Shown here one piece after another: positions 1 to 9,913 of a stretch of DNA of 45,950 nt. The translations under genes were made by a program, and so were the position numbers. The notes beneath the pieces were generated by a model. It did no database searches. It saw only the letters and a list, made by a program, of their open reading frames with translations, and was not told where the DNA came from. Each line of letters opens with the position of its first letter. Positions within the stretch are counted from its first letter, which is position 1. Source of the stretch: Neolewinella sp. (GTDB lineage: Bacteria > Bacteroidota > Bacteroidia > Chitinophagales > Saprospiraceae); the NCBI GenBank assembly GCA_047637095.1, contig JBLIGS010000001.1, positions 1-45,950 on the forward strand. The letters run 5' to 3'.

Positions 1-211
1 TTATTTTGCCCCCACCAAACTTAAAAATCATTTCCGTAGCTAAGGCTATGCAAAGGATTTGTAAGTTTGGTGAGAACAAAAGCGTCAGATCAAAAACCAG
101 TAAGTTATTTATACGGCGTCCCTAAGGACCTGGGTTTCCTTCAACGTCAACAGGAAACAGTTTTTTATAAAGGCTGATGACGGGCGCCAAGAGGTGGTTT
201 GTTCCCAGATG

Positions 212-249
212 AAAAAAGGGCAGACGTCTGTAATTACAGAAGCCTGCCC
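212..249 (-). terminator. Rho-independent terminator after the 303..506 gene
   Basis: GGGCAG...TCTGTAATTACAGA...CTGCCC stem preceded by A6 on + (U6 tail on -). Confidence 0.7.
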
Positions 250-302
250 CTAGGATAATTTGCTAGTAAGCTAGCTGCTGAATGTAAGACCGTGTGATGG
301 GT

Positions 303-506
303 TTAGCCCTCTTCTTTTTCTGGTTCTCCTTTCCACACCAAAAAGCCTAACCAAGCCAGTAAACCAAGCGCAATTCCTGCCAACATACCTTCCGTTGTCT
401 GGAGGTTCTCGTGGCTGATTCCCAAATTTTCGCCAATTGGGCCAACGAAAGACCATACCGTAAACGTCGTTGGTACGAGGATGTGGAGTATATTCTTAGT
501 AGTCAT
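303..506 (-). CDS. small hypothetical membrane protein (67 aa)
   Basis: ATG after an AT-rich leader, two hydrophobic segments, acidic tail, followed by a terminator. Confidence 0.6.
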   Translation of the reverse strand: MTTKNILHILVPTTFTVWSFVGPIGENLGISHENLQTTEGMLAGIALGLLAWLGFLVWKGEPEKEEG

Positions 507-565
507 ATCTACATATTTACCCTGAAGAAAGTGAAAAATAATACCTCAACACCGGGGCGTTTCTT

Positions 566-790
566 GTGTGTATAATCAATGGCAGGAGTCCTGAAATGCC
601 CCTCGGTGCGGACCTCGACTCGCTTCACTCGTTCGGTACTTGCTCGGGGACCGAATGGAGTGGGGCTTTCCGTATGCGCGAAGCACATACGGATGATTAC
701 TGAATAGTCGGTCCCCGAGCGAACATCGAGCGACCGAAGGGAGTCGAGATGGTAGCCGAGGGGCAAGCTCCTACAATTTATTATACACAC
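566..790. repeat. 225-bp imperfect palindrome (REPIN/MITE-like)
   Basis: Arms GTGTGTATAAT..AGGAG..TGCCCCTCGG..CTCGACTC..GCTCGGGGACCGA..CCGTATG are mirrored on the right; central GCGAAGC at 678-684. Confidence 0.8.
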
Positions 791-869
791 GGTCTCTTGT
801 CTACCTTCGGCGGTTATTCAGTAGAAAAATGGCACGCATCTACCGCCTACAATACCACCGTCTACAATA

Positions 870-2126
870 CTACCTCGCAGCAGTTTCCACCGCTTTCCAA
901 ACCCGCAGTACATTCCCAGAACACATCTTCTCGATGTCTCCTTCGGAGTAACCACGTTTTAGTAGCGTATAAATCAAGTTGGGGTAATCGGCAACGTCCT
1001 TCAGGCCAGTAGGCAACGAATCGCCTACACCGTCAAAATCAGAGCCGAAGCCAACGTGGTCAACACCTGCGAATTTGACAACACGGTCGATGTGGTTAAC
1101 GACCATTTCTACATCGGAGTAAAGTGTAGGAAATTCCTTTTTGAAGGCTTCTTCCAGTTCTTCGGTGCCCTCGTCGCCGTAGTTTTCAATGCCGGCATCG
1201 GCTAAGCGTTCAAAGAAAATTCCGCGGAGACTGTCCTGTCGGGTACGGAGCGTTCCATCTAAGAAAGTCGAACCGAAGTTGATCTGGATAACACCTCCTT
1301 CTTCGCCGAGGCGGGTAATCATCTCGTCGTTCATATTCCGCTCGAAGCCGGGGGTGTAATGGCGGACGCTGGAATGGCTGGCAATCATCGGTACATCGGT
1401 CATTTCTACTACCTGCCAGAAGGTGGAATCACTTACGTGGCTGATGTCAATCATGATGCCGACTTTGTTCATTTCCAGGACGACTTCGCGGCCGAAATCG
1501 CTCAGGCCGCCGTGGGTGCCGGTCGTGTCATAGCTGCTGTCGCAGATGAGGTTGTCCTTGGCGTGGGTCAGGGTGATGTAGCGAATACCCTTGTCGTGGT
1601 ATTCCTGAACGCGCTCGATCTTGTCTTCGATCGGAGAGCCATTCTCCATGCCCATTGGTAGGCTGATGACGCCATCTTTGAAGTTCTGCTCAAGCTGGGC
1701 AGTGCTGGTGGTGATCCTGAATTTGTCGGGGTGGGCATCGGCGATGCCGCTGACCATCGTGATCAGGCTATCGGCCAGTTTTGGGCTTTCACCGGGCTCT
1801 TTTTGGAGCGCGCTGGGGATGTAGATCGACATGAAGGGCGCGTCGAGGCCACCTTCTACGGAGCGTTTGTAATCGAAGTCGCCTTCGTCGGTTTCAATTG
1901 GAATGCCGAGGTATTCTTTGTCCAGTTTGAAATTCTTCACCTTGAGGCGGTAGGGCAAATCTACGTGGCCATCGGTGATGAGGAACTGATGAGCGAGGAC
2001 CTTGGAGTGGGCACGGAGCTCGTCGTCGGTCATGTCTTTTGTGGCCTTCACTGTTTCGGAGGCGGGGCCGCAGGTGCAAAGAAATATTGCCAGCAGAGTA
2101 AGGGAAAGTAAACGTTGTCCTTTCAT
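870..2126 (-). CDS. membrane dipeptidase (peptidase M19 family), secreted or lipoprotein
   Basis: DGHVD, GMENG, ITLTH, DISH, ASHS and GSDFDG motifs; N-terminal signal peptide. Confidence 0.92.
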   Translation of the reverse strand: MKGQRLLSLTLLAIFLCTCGPASETVKATKDMTDDELRAHSKVLAHQFLITDGHVDLPYRLKVKNFKLDKEYLGIPIETDEGDFDYKRSVEGGLDAPFMSIYIPSALQKEPGESPKLADSLITMVSGIADAHPDKFRITTSTAQLEQNFKDGVISLPMGMENGSPIEDKIERVQEYHDKGIRYITLTHAKDNLICDSSYDTTGTHGGLSDFGREVVLEMNKVGIMIDISHVSDSTFWQVVEMTDVPMIASHSSVRHYTPGFERNMNDEMITRLGEEGGVIQINFGSTFLDGTLRTRQDSLRGIFFERLADAGIENYGDEGTEELEEAFKKEFPTLYSDVEMVVNHIDRVVKFAGVDHVGFGSDFDGVGDSLPTGLKDVADYPNLIYTLLKRGYSEGDIEKMCSGNVLRVWKAVETAAR

Positions 2127-2261
2127 AGTTGTATAGTGTGTGAGACTTAATTACTCGAACAAAATTGTGCATTAATACTGTTCGAACTCTTAAAGGTACA
2201 ATCTCCGCCTACAAAATGGACACCCAACCAACTTTCCTCCCTAGGATACGATCTTTCTGAT

Positions 2262-2753
2262 ATGCGACTTATTTTACCCCTGCTCTTGGTAGCCTTTCTC
2301 TGCACCTGCGTCCGCGCCCAAAAGGTTCTCCTCTTCGAAAAACTCACGGCTTCCCAATCAGAGCGCCTCTACGAAGGCGAGATGCTAAAATTTCGGATGA
2401 AAGGTGATAAATTCTGGCAAGAAGGCCCCATTCGAGAGATGCGGCCCGACATCCAAGCCCTGGTCATCAACGACCGCTTCATCATGCTGAATGAAATCGA
2501 GTCCGTCCACCAAGGAGCCACTGCTGGTAAAGTAGTGGGGCTGTCTTTAATGGCCTTTGGCACCAGCTGGTCCTTCTGGTCCCTCGCCGGAAATTACACC
2601 GACGGCGACCCCATGACCCGCTACGAAAGCCGTGACCTCATGATCAGCCTCACCTCCATCGGTACTGGTTTTCTCATCCAGCAGCTGCTGGGCAAAAAAC
2701 GGTTCAAGCCGGGGAAGTATAAGCGGTTAAGGGTGGTGGATACCAGTTTTTAA
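2262..2753 (+). CDS. hypothetical exported/membrane protein
   Basis: Signal peptide ending CTCVRAQ, two C-terminal hydrophobic segments. Confidence 0.8.
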   Translation: MRLILPLLLVAFLCTCVRAQKVLLFEKLTASQSERLYEGEMLKFRMKGDKFWQEGPIREMRPDIQALVINDRFIMLNEIESVHQGATAGKVVGLSLMAFGTSWSFWSLAGNYTDGDPMTRYESRDLMISLTSIGTGFLIQQLLGKKRFKPGKYKRLRVVDTSF

Positions 2754-2757
2754 TTGA

Positions 2758-3894
2758 TTACCCATAAAGTGCTTTTGCCAATACCTCCGCAAACGCCCCT
2801 GGCGTACTCGCAAATGGCTTCATTCCCATCTCCGCCAACTGCGCAGCCACGTCCTTATCGTAGGCCGGCGCTCCTTCGTCGCTCAAAGCCAATACCGGTA
2901 AAAAAGTCAGTCCCGTCTGCTGTAGTCGGCGAATGCTTTTCAGCATACCGTTAACGGATCCTCCTTCGAAGAGGTCGCTCAGCAGAATCATGACAGTATC
3001 CCTAGGGTTGGTATTGAGCTGCTCTGCGTACCGCAGCGCCTTACCAATATCTGTTCCGCCTCCCAGCTGAATGGCGAAGAGTAATTCAAGCGGATCTGGG
3101 AGTTGGTCCGTCAAGTCCACCACACTGGTATCAAAGGCGACGACGTGGGTTTTTAGGGCAGGGATGCTGGCCAGGATGCAGGACAAAACGCCGGCGTAGA
3201 CGACGGACGCAGCCATGGAACCGGATTGGTCAATCAGCAGAATGACGTGCTTCAGCCCGGTCTTTGACCGGGACAAACCCCGCAAACTCACCGGCAACAC
3301 CGTCTTATACTCCGGCTGATAATGCTTCATGTTTACCCGGATGGTCTGGTCCCAGTCAATGTCCTGGTGCCGCGGCCTACGGTTGCGGTTGTGCTGCCTC
3401 TTCCTACCAGAAATAGCTTGTTCTATTGGCCGTTTTAATTCCTTTTCAATCTGCTTCACAACTTTCATCACTACCGCCCTGGCCGACTCCCGGCTCCGGT
3501 CAGGCAACAAATTCTTCAGCGTCAACAACGTTCCAATCAGGTGAACATCGGGTTCGATGGTTTCCAACAACTCCGGCTCCAGGAGCATTTGCTTCAAACC
3601 CAGCCTATCCAGCGCATCGCGCTGGAGCAACTGCACCGTATCCGTCGGGAAATACTTCCGAATATCCCCAAGCCACCGGTTAACGTTCGGGTTGGTTTTT
3701 CCCAACCCTCCCTTCCTGTCTTGGTCGGCATACAACGCCTCCAGCGTTGCGTCCATCCCGGCCAGCCGTTGGGGCAGGTCGATGGCGTTATCACCGCTTT
3801 GCTCCTCGGCCTGTTGGCCGAGAATGAGGCGCCATTTGCGGAGGTGGTCATCAGAGGTAGTCTTGTCGTCTTGTGGTTCGGTAGGCTGCCGCAT
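2758..3894 (-). CDS. VWA domain protein (CoxE/YehP-like)
   Basis: KWRLILG N-terminus, MIDAS DQSGSM, GGGTDI, LSDL. Confidence 0.88.
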   Translation of the reverse strand: MRQPTEPQDDKTTSDDHLRKWRLILGQQAEEQSGDNAIDLPQRLAGMDATLEALYADQDRKGGLGKTNPNVNRWLGDIRKYFPTDTVQLLQRDALDRLGLKQMLLEPELLETIEPDVHLIGTLLTLKNLLPDRSRESARAVVMKVVKQIEKELKRPIEQAISGRKRQHNRNRRPRHQDIDWDQTIRVNMKHYQPEYKTVLPVSLRGLSRSKTGLKHVILLIDQSGSMAASVVYAGVLSCILASIPALKTHVVAFDTSVVDLTDQLPDPLELLFAIQLGGGTDIGKALRYAEQLNTNPRDTVMILLSDLFEGGSVNGMLKSIRRLQQTGLTFLPVLALSDEGAPAYDKDVAAQLAEMGMKPFASTPGAFAEVLAKALYG

Positions 3895-4020
3895 TGGTAG
3901 TATAAGTAGTTTAAGAGTCTGGTAGGCTGCCGCAAAAGGCAGGTGTTGCTTGTTGACAGAAAACCCACCGGTTTATCGGTATTAGAGTCCTCTCTGATTA
4001 TAACGTGCGGTAGCCTAAAA

Positions 4021-4105
4021 GGCCGCAGGCCGTCTAAATGCAGCCGAAGGCTGCGTCTACAAGGTTGCGAAGCAACCGTCTAAAAGTGGCCTTAGGCCAC
4101 GTCCA
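4021..4105. repeat. array of four short hairpins with a 23-bp period
   Basis: Linker GTCTA/GTCCA at 4032, 4055, 4078 and 4101; hairpins GGCC-GCA-GGCC, GCAGCC-GAA-GGCTGC, GGTTGC-GAA-GCAACC, GTGGCC-TTA-GGCCAC. Confidence 0.85.
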
Positions 4106-4126
4106 GTAAAGAATCCTTAGGCTTTT

Positions 4127-5968
4127 TTACTCCGTTTCCATCCCTCTAATCCTTCGCTTACTCCCAACACTTTCTATCCGTTCGAGCAAGCCATCGGCTT
4201 CAACGATCTCCCGAAGGTGGTAGAAATTGAGGGCGAAAGAGACAGCCCAGATACAGAAAACGATGGCGAAGATGAAGTAGTAGACAATGCACTGGAGGAT
4301 GACGTTGGCATTATCAATGGCCGTTGGGTCGGCGTAGATGACCCAGTCGAGGAAAGAGAAAAGCAAGGTTCCTACCGTTGTCGTCAGCACGATGGTGGAA
4401 AGGAAGGCCATCAGGATGATGATGAAGAAATTGCTGTAGGTAGTGGCCAGGCTGGCGAAGATGTAGCTAAAAATCTGTTTCAAGCTTGCGAGGCCGGCGT
4501 ACCCTGCATAAGCAAAAGTCATTACCGTTGGAAGTAAAAAGATGACGAACAGACTGGCAATGACGCCGTTCCAGGCAAAGCCAAAGGCAATGACCAAAGA
4601 AGCAAGGAACAGGAACGCTTCAGAGCGCCAATTGGCCGGTAAAATTCCTATATCGGTGGCTCGCCAGAATAACTCGAAGGAAAGGCGAAGCATACTGTAA
4701 AAACCGCTGGCGACTAATAGCAGAAAGAAAAGCCCTCTGCTTCTGGAGAAACTGGTTGTCAGTTCGTGAACGTTGATGAAATCGCCGTAGAACTCACCGT
4801 CGAAGAAGTACCTCGCGCTGGAGGCAGAGCCGAAAAAGGTGAACGACAAGAGTGTATAAACCAGGGTGATTATGCCGATGCCGCCGAAGAACAAACCGAT
4901 GTTCCTCCGGAGGATATCGAAGGTAGCGGAGAGGTTTTCACCGGGGGTACGAATTTCTTTTAGCTTGACGGATGAACTCACCTGGCTGCTAGTGCGGATG
5001 GCGTCTTCTTCTTCCAGCGCTGGGCGCTGGCTTACCCGCCAGGGATAAATAATGTAGTACCAAATTATGAAGGCAAAACAGGTCGCAATGAAGGCGGCCC
5101 GGATGGCATCTGGTAGTTCTGTATGCCTAGTGATGTAGCCTTCGAGGAAACCGGCACAAAAAAGGAGTGGCACGATACCAAGCATGATTTTAAGACCGTC
5201 TCTGGCTGAAATTTTGAAGGCATCAAATCGGGATAATGTTCCAGGGAATATTAGTCCTCTTCCCATTGCTAAGCCAGCACCTCCGGCAATTACGATGCTG
5301 CTGATCTCTAGTGCACCGTGAATCCAGATGGTGAGGAAACTTTCTTGAAACAGACCTTGGTCATAGAAAAAGTACTGGAATACACCCACCATAATACCGT
5401 TCGAAATCAATACGAATAATGAGCCAACAGCAAAAAAAGCTCCTGAAATAAAAGTAAGGAAAGCAATCTTAGTGTTGTGTAATGTAATGCTCAATGACAT
5501 ATTTAACGCGGACCTTCCTTTGTAGACGGCCATGGGATCTCCATTTTCGATATTGGCCTTGGTCATTTCTACGTAGCCCTCACCTAAGATGACTTCGGCA
5601 AAACTCGGATCAATCTGATAGCTGATGATACCGATCAACATCGCAAGTACGAAGGTTCCGAGTGAGAGCAGCAGCGCGAAGCGCTGGTTGTGTACTACCC
5701 GTGGTAATTCATCCGTCCAGAAGGTAATGAACCGGCCAGCCTCTCCCCGCCGTCCGCGGTAGATCTGCAAAAAGGTCTTTTGCGCCAGACTGTTCAGGTA
5801 TACACGGACACTTCGGTTAGGATAAAACGTGCGGGAATATGAAAGGTCATCGGTCGTATGAATGTATAGCTCGTTAAGGAGCTTTGGGTCCTTGTCGTCG
5901 CGGTCCAGGGCGCGCTCATAGCGCGTCCATTTTTCCTTGTTCTTCTCGATGAATTCGGTCTCCCGCAT
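4127..5968 (-). CDS. stage II sporulation protein M (SpoIIM/DUF95) family membrane protein with C-terminal extension
   Basis: MRETEFI, DDLSYSRTFYP, NGIMVG, IHGALE, AGFLEGYIT motifs; many transmembrane segments. Confidence 0.88.
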   Translation of the reverse strand: MRETEFIEKNKEKWTRYERALDRDDKDPKLLNELYIHTTDDLSYSRTFYPNRSVRVYLNSLAQKTFLQIYRGRRGEAGRFITFWTDELPRVVHNQRFALLLSLGTFVLAMLIGIISYQIDPSFAEVILGEGYVEMTKANIENGDPMAVYKGRSALNMSLSITLHNTKIAFLTFISGAFFAVGSLFVLISNGIMVGVFQYFFYDQGLFQESFLTIWIHGALEISSIVIAGGAGLAMGRGLIFPGTLSRFDAFKISARDGLKIMLGIVPLLFCAGFLEGYITRHTELPDAIRAAFIATCFAFIIWYYIIYPWRVSQRPALEEEDAIRTSSQVSSSVKLKEIRTPGENLSATFDILRRNIGLFFGGIGIITLVYTLLSFTFFGSASSARYFFDGEFYGDFINVHELTTSFSRSRGLFFLLLVASGFYSMLRLSFELFWRATDIGILPANWRSEAFLFLASLVIAFGFAWNGVIASLFVIFLLPTVMTFAYAGYAGLASLKQIFSYIFASLATTYSNFFIIILMAFLSTIVLTTTVGTLLFSFLDWVIYADPTAIDNANVILQCIVYYFIFAIVFCIWAVSFALNFYHLREIVEADGLLERIESVGSKRRIRGMETE

Positions 5969-6057
5969 AGTCGTTCGGTAGGTTGGTAGTTAGGTAGACT
6001 ACCACTTCGTTTTAGGTATATGTTGGACTAAGGTAAGACTAATTTTTAGTTACAAGT

Positions 6058-6492
6058 CTACTCTTCCACCGTATTCATCTTCCGCATTTCATCCCTGATC
6101 TCAGACAACAGCTGAATGTCCTTTGGTGTAGGAATTTCGATGTTGCCTTCGTCCTCAGCTTTTTCTTTCAGGGTGTTGATGACCCGGACGACGAAGAACA
6201 AAGTCAAGGCCACAATGCCGAAATCCATCAGCGCTTCAATTAAAGCGCCATAGCCGATCACTACTCCAGTATCAATAACATTGTCTCCTTCTTTAACGGG
6301 GGGAGATAATACCCATTGTAGGTCACGAAGGTCAATTCCTGCCGTTATGAATCCCAACGGAGGCATGATGATTTTTTCCACCAAGACGGTGACAATCTTA
6401 TTGAAAGCCGCACCAATAATGATACCGATGGCCAGGTCAATCATGTTGCCTTTAACGGCAAACTTTTTGAATTCGTCGATGAACTTACCCAT
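6058..6492 (-). CDS. mscL: large-conductance mechanosensitive channel
   Basis: EFKKFAVKGNMIDLAIGIIIGAAF and LLSEIRD signatures. Confidence 0.97.
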   Translation of the reverse strand: MGKFIDEFKKFAVKGNMIDLAIGIIIGAAFNKIVTVLVEKIIMPPLGFITAGIDLRDLQWVLSPPVKEGDNVIDTGVVIGYGALIEALMDFGIVALTLFFVVRVINTLKEKAEDEGNIEIPTPKDIQLLSEIRDEMRKMNTVEE

Positions 6493-6589
6493 AACTAAAT
6501 AATAATTTTTTCATAACCCGACTTTGGGGCATGATGTTAACGTCAGAATGATTTTTTTAGCTTGAGTGTCCTCGTTTTCTAACGTTCCT

Positions 6590-6657
6590 TGCACACATTC
6601 GACTTCGGACTCCACTGAGCGCAGCCGAACGTGCTCAGTGTGCGCCTGCGTCCGCGG
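6590..6657. repeat. REP-like unit (TTCG-C-CGCTCAG family) with a nested inverted copy, followed by the dispersed 19-bp motif
   Basis: Similar to 11466-11511; internal CACTGAGCGCAGCCGAACGT is an inverted copy. Confidence 0.6.
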
Positions 6658-6803
6658 TAAAAAAATAAGACGGGCACCAGCCAAGCAATCAGCTACCGCA
6701 AGTGGGTAATGTGATAAACCATGATCCGTGCAGCAGCCTACAAAGCTACTCTACTGCCTCCAACGTGCGGTAGCTACTCACGAACCTTCCAACTCAATGA
6801 CTC

Positions 6804-7784
6804 TCACCAGCTCACTCCCAAAACCACCGGAAGCATCGCCGCAGTGAATAGTAAAAGATGCACCACCTCTGCTCTCGACTGCTTCATATTAACCAAGCCC
6901 AAACCAAGTAAAGCCCCGAGTGGAACCACCAAGACTTGGGCGTTAGCAGCTGTGACTGTTCCCGAAAATGCCAGGATTAGAATGCCTGAAACTAACATCC
7001 AGGCCAGGAGGTTGGTGTTCTTACTTCCTTCAATGTTAAGCATCATAGAAATACTACCGTAACCAAGTATTACACCTAGAATCAAGAGGGCTAAAATACC
7101 TAAACCAATGAGGTTAGCTGTACTCGTAGCCTGCAGTGATAGAAGCCCGAAGTGGCTAAATTGAAAGCTAATACTATCGGCCAAGACGCCCTTGAAGTAA
7201 GCGGTAACAAAAAGGAAAAAATAAACGATGGCAACGCCGATGACCAACTGTAAAAGCCTGGTGAATTCTATGCGGCGAAGTATTCTGATGCCCGCAATAA
7301 ATGCGGGGATAAACAACAAATACTCCGGCCGAAAAAGCGATGCAACTCCCAGCCAAGCACCTGCATTAAACAAGGCTACCGCCGGCTCTTCTTTTTTGTA
7401 TAGTCGGCCTAAAGATAGCAGCCCAAAGAGCATAAACAGGTTGGCAAAAAGAAACGAGCTAAAGGGGTGGAATGACAGTACGAGGGCCGTCGTCAATACC
7501 ATGAATAAACCAGGAAACTGTGTTACTGCCCGTGAAAGCTGGTGGCGGGCCGCCCACGCATTAAGTTGGATACCCTGGAAGCCGACCAATAAAATCGTAG
7601 CGAAAACAGCCAAGACGGGTTGGCCTTCGAAGAGGCCCATTGTCCAGGTTCCCAAAATCCCGTCGCCGGTAATTTCAGTCGAAACTGCGTCCCCCCCAAA
7701 GAAAAGAGGAAGCCAAAGAACCAATGCATAAATGAAAAGCAATAACCCGGCGTATGCCTGGTTCGTGCGGAAGAGGGATAACAA
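6804..7784 (-). CDS. multi-pass membrane protein (DUF6427-like)
   Basis: About 9 hydrophobic segments; FNAG..GVASLF motif recalled for this Bacteroidota family. Confidence 0.65.
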   Translation of the reverse strand: MLSLFRTNQAYAGLLLFIYALVLWLPLFFGGDAVSTEITGDGILGTWTMGLFEGQPVLAVFATILLVGFQGIQLNAWAARHQLSRAVTQFPGLFMVLTTALVLSFHPFSSFLFANLFMLFGLLSLGRLYKKEEPAVALFNAGAWLGVASLFRPEYLLFIPAFIAGIRILRRIEFTRLLQLVIGVAIVYFFLFVTAYFKGVLADSISFQFSHFGLLSLQATSTANLIGLGILALLILGVILGYGSISMMLNIEGSKNTNLLAWMLVSGILILAFSGTVTAANAQVLVVPLGALLGLGLVNMKQSRAEVVHLLLFTAAMLPVVLGVSW

Positions 7785-7927
7785 ATTAGTTTATTTGTGT
7801 AGGTCGTACAGGTGATAGCTCGAGGCTAAAGTAAGGTAAAGTTGGCTATGTTTTGCGTTTAAACATCTAAGCCTTCCTTTAACAAGCTATTTATCAATAT
7901 CAAATGAGGAGGGAATAGCCTTGAAAG

Positions 7928-9664
7928 TTAAACCACTTTTTCCGTTTCTGTAATTAGTTCCCGGGCCGTTTTGTAAGTGTCGGCAAGGTCATCAGCTTTG
8001 TCCTGGCCAGCGTAAAGCGCCATTTCACAGCGTTGTAACAAGCTATCATAGCGCTGAATGAGGTTGGCGTCGGCACCAGCAGTACTTAGTTGAGTGCTGA
8101 TGTTCTTCCGGCTGAGCTCAGATGTAGGTAGGTGGAATTTATCTTTAAGGTAACCGAGCAAAGCACCTTCAATTTCATCGTAGAAAGCTTTGGGCTCTAT
8201 CTTGTCGAGGTGGACCTTAGCCGCTTTTAACCGTGCTGTGGCGGCACGTGCAGCACGCGCCCGTGCCATCTCCGCCGGGTCCCGGCCGTTAAGATGTTGT
8301 TGGTAACGTTGCCAACCTATGGCGCCACCGGCGGCGAAGAGTGGCAGTAAAAATAAGGCCCCAAACGGCCAGTTACTACTAGGGGCATTGCCGTGAAATT
8401 TGCCCCTAGGTAAGGTCGAAACTTCCCGGAGACTAAGCGTTTCCTCCACGACTTTCGTTGTATCTATTTCGTAGGTAGGGGCTCCGTCACCTCCGGTGAC
8501 GGTAACCTTGAAGTTGGCATCCGTGGCCGTTACGTATGCGGCACTGTCGGTATTGAAGTAAACAATTCCTGGTGCTAGGTCGTAGACCCCGGAACGTTTT
8601 GGGACGATTTTGTATTCCAGCACTTTGCGGCCGAGCATCCCCGTTGGACTGTCGAGAAATTCTTCCTGGAGAATCTCTGGATCATAAATGTCCCAGTCTT
8701 TTTCGTTGACCGGTGGAACACCTTCCAAACGCTGAATATCGCCTTCACCAGTAATGGTTATTTTGAAAGTAAGGGCATCATCGGTCGTCATATCTACTCG
8801 GTTGGCCTGGGCCTGTATCCGGTAATTGCCGACGGCGCCGGAAAAATTCTTGGGCCTTGGTTGGGGAAGTTCGTTGACTTGAATATAGAGGGTGTCGGTG
8901 GCCAAGGGAACCTGTTCGTTGCGGCGGCGCGCACCGGCACCAGTATCGTAATAAACGGTCGTGCCCATAATCAGGCGGTAGGGCGTGATCTTGATAATGC
9001 CGCTTTTTGTGGGGAAAAGAGCGAGACTGCCAAGCGTCCGCCGCTGGTACTCTTTACCGTTTTCAAGGACGGCCCGGGGCCGGCCGTCGTATTGCCGGCG
9101 AGGCTGGGCAAAGAAGCCGTCGAAGTCCGGCTCTTGCATCAAGTTGCGGGAGTTTTCCCGGGTGGTGGTGTAGAGGTTGAGGTCGAGAATTATTTGCTGA
9201 CCGACAAAGGCGGTTTCGGTAGAAATGTCGGCACGTAGAAAATTGGCAGGAGCTAGGGCGGTGGCTTCTGCGTCAACGGGCAGCACCTCAATGATTTTGG
9301 AATTGGTCCGGTAAGTTCTGCCGCTGGCGCGGATGCTGGCAGGGCCAATCGTCAGTTTCCCTTCTCGCTTTGGCTGCAGCAGCCAAGCACTAGATTCATA
9401 GCTGGTCAGCACCCCGTTAAAATTCCTGGTGCCAATGGAACGACTTGGCCCGTTCAGGATAACGAAATCTTTAAAATTGGGAAGCTTCAGTTGTTCTCCT
9501 TGAGCATTACGCAGGGTTACCTGGTAGCGCACGGTACTGTTGACTAGCATTTGAGATTTATCGACTTCAGCGACGAAGGCGATGTCCTTATGCTGCTGTG
9601 CTAACAGTTCTTGGGCGCGGCCGCAGGTGCAAAAAAGAAGTATTAAAGCAAGGTTTTTCCACAT
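7928..9664 (-). CDS. BatD family protein
   Basis: Signal peptide ending CTCGRAQ, FSGAVG motif, C-terminal TM segment and CEMALYA; start taken at the ATG of MWKNL. Confidence 0.85.
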   Translation of the reverse strand: MWKNLALILLFCTCGRAQELLAQQHKDIAFVAEVDKSQMLVNSTVRYQVTLRNAQGEQLKLPNFKDFVILNGPSRSIGTRNFNGVLTSYESSAWLLQPKREGKLTIGPASIRASGRTYRTNSKIIEVLPVDAEATALAPANFLRADISTETAFVGQQIILDLNLYTTTRENSRNLMQEPDFDGFFAQPRRQYDGRPRAVLENGKEYQRRTLGSLALFPTKSGIIKITPYRLIMGTTVYYDTGAGARRRNEQVPLATDTLYIQVNELPQPRPKNFSGAVGNYRIQAQANRVDMTTDDALTFKITITGEGDIQRLEGVPPVNEKDWDIYDPEILQEEFLDSPTGMLGRKVLEYKIVPKRSGVYDLAPGIVYFNTDSAAYVTATDANFKVTVTGGDGAPTYEIDTTKVVEETLSLREVSTLPRGKFHGNAPSSNWPFGALFLLPLFAAGGAIGWQRYQQHLNGRDPAEMARARAARAATARLKAAKVHLDKIEPKAFYDEIEGALLGYLKDKFHLPTSELSRKNISTQLSTAGADANLIQRYDSLLQRCEMALYAGQDKADDLADTYKTARELITETEKVV

Positions 9665-9913
9665 GGCTCCGAAGGGCTGAGGGTTTGGGATGGGTGAAGA
9701 TAGGAAGTTCGCCACTTCATGCCCTATTCTCTCCTAGTATCATTTTTAATGAGCAGTTACTAAAAGATGAAAAACCTTGGTTTTCGATTGTCTTATTATT
9801 CCACTACCAACGTGATCCGATAGTCATCTTGGCTGTCAGGCTGGCCACCACAGGGGAAAGGGAGTAATTCTATTAACCGAATGGTAAAGGAGCGACGTTG
9901 GTAACTTTCGCAA

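Noticed and set aside
509-1012. ORFs 509..790 (-) and 749..1012 (+)
   Set aside because: They run through the palindromic element or antisense to the dipeptidase and show no protein-like features.
3880-3934. 14-bp direct repeat GGTAGGCTGCCGCA overlapping the VWA start
   Set aside because: Only two adjacent copies; most simply a local duplication, with no function supportable from the sequence.
4021-4105. Possible mini-CRISPR array
   Set aside because: The constant part is only about 5-8 bp, the variable parts are themselves palindromes, the 23-bp period is too short, and there are no cas genes.
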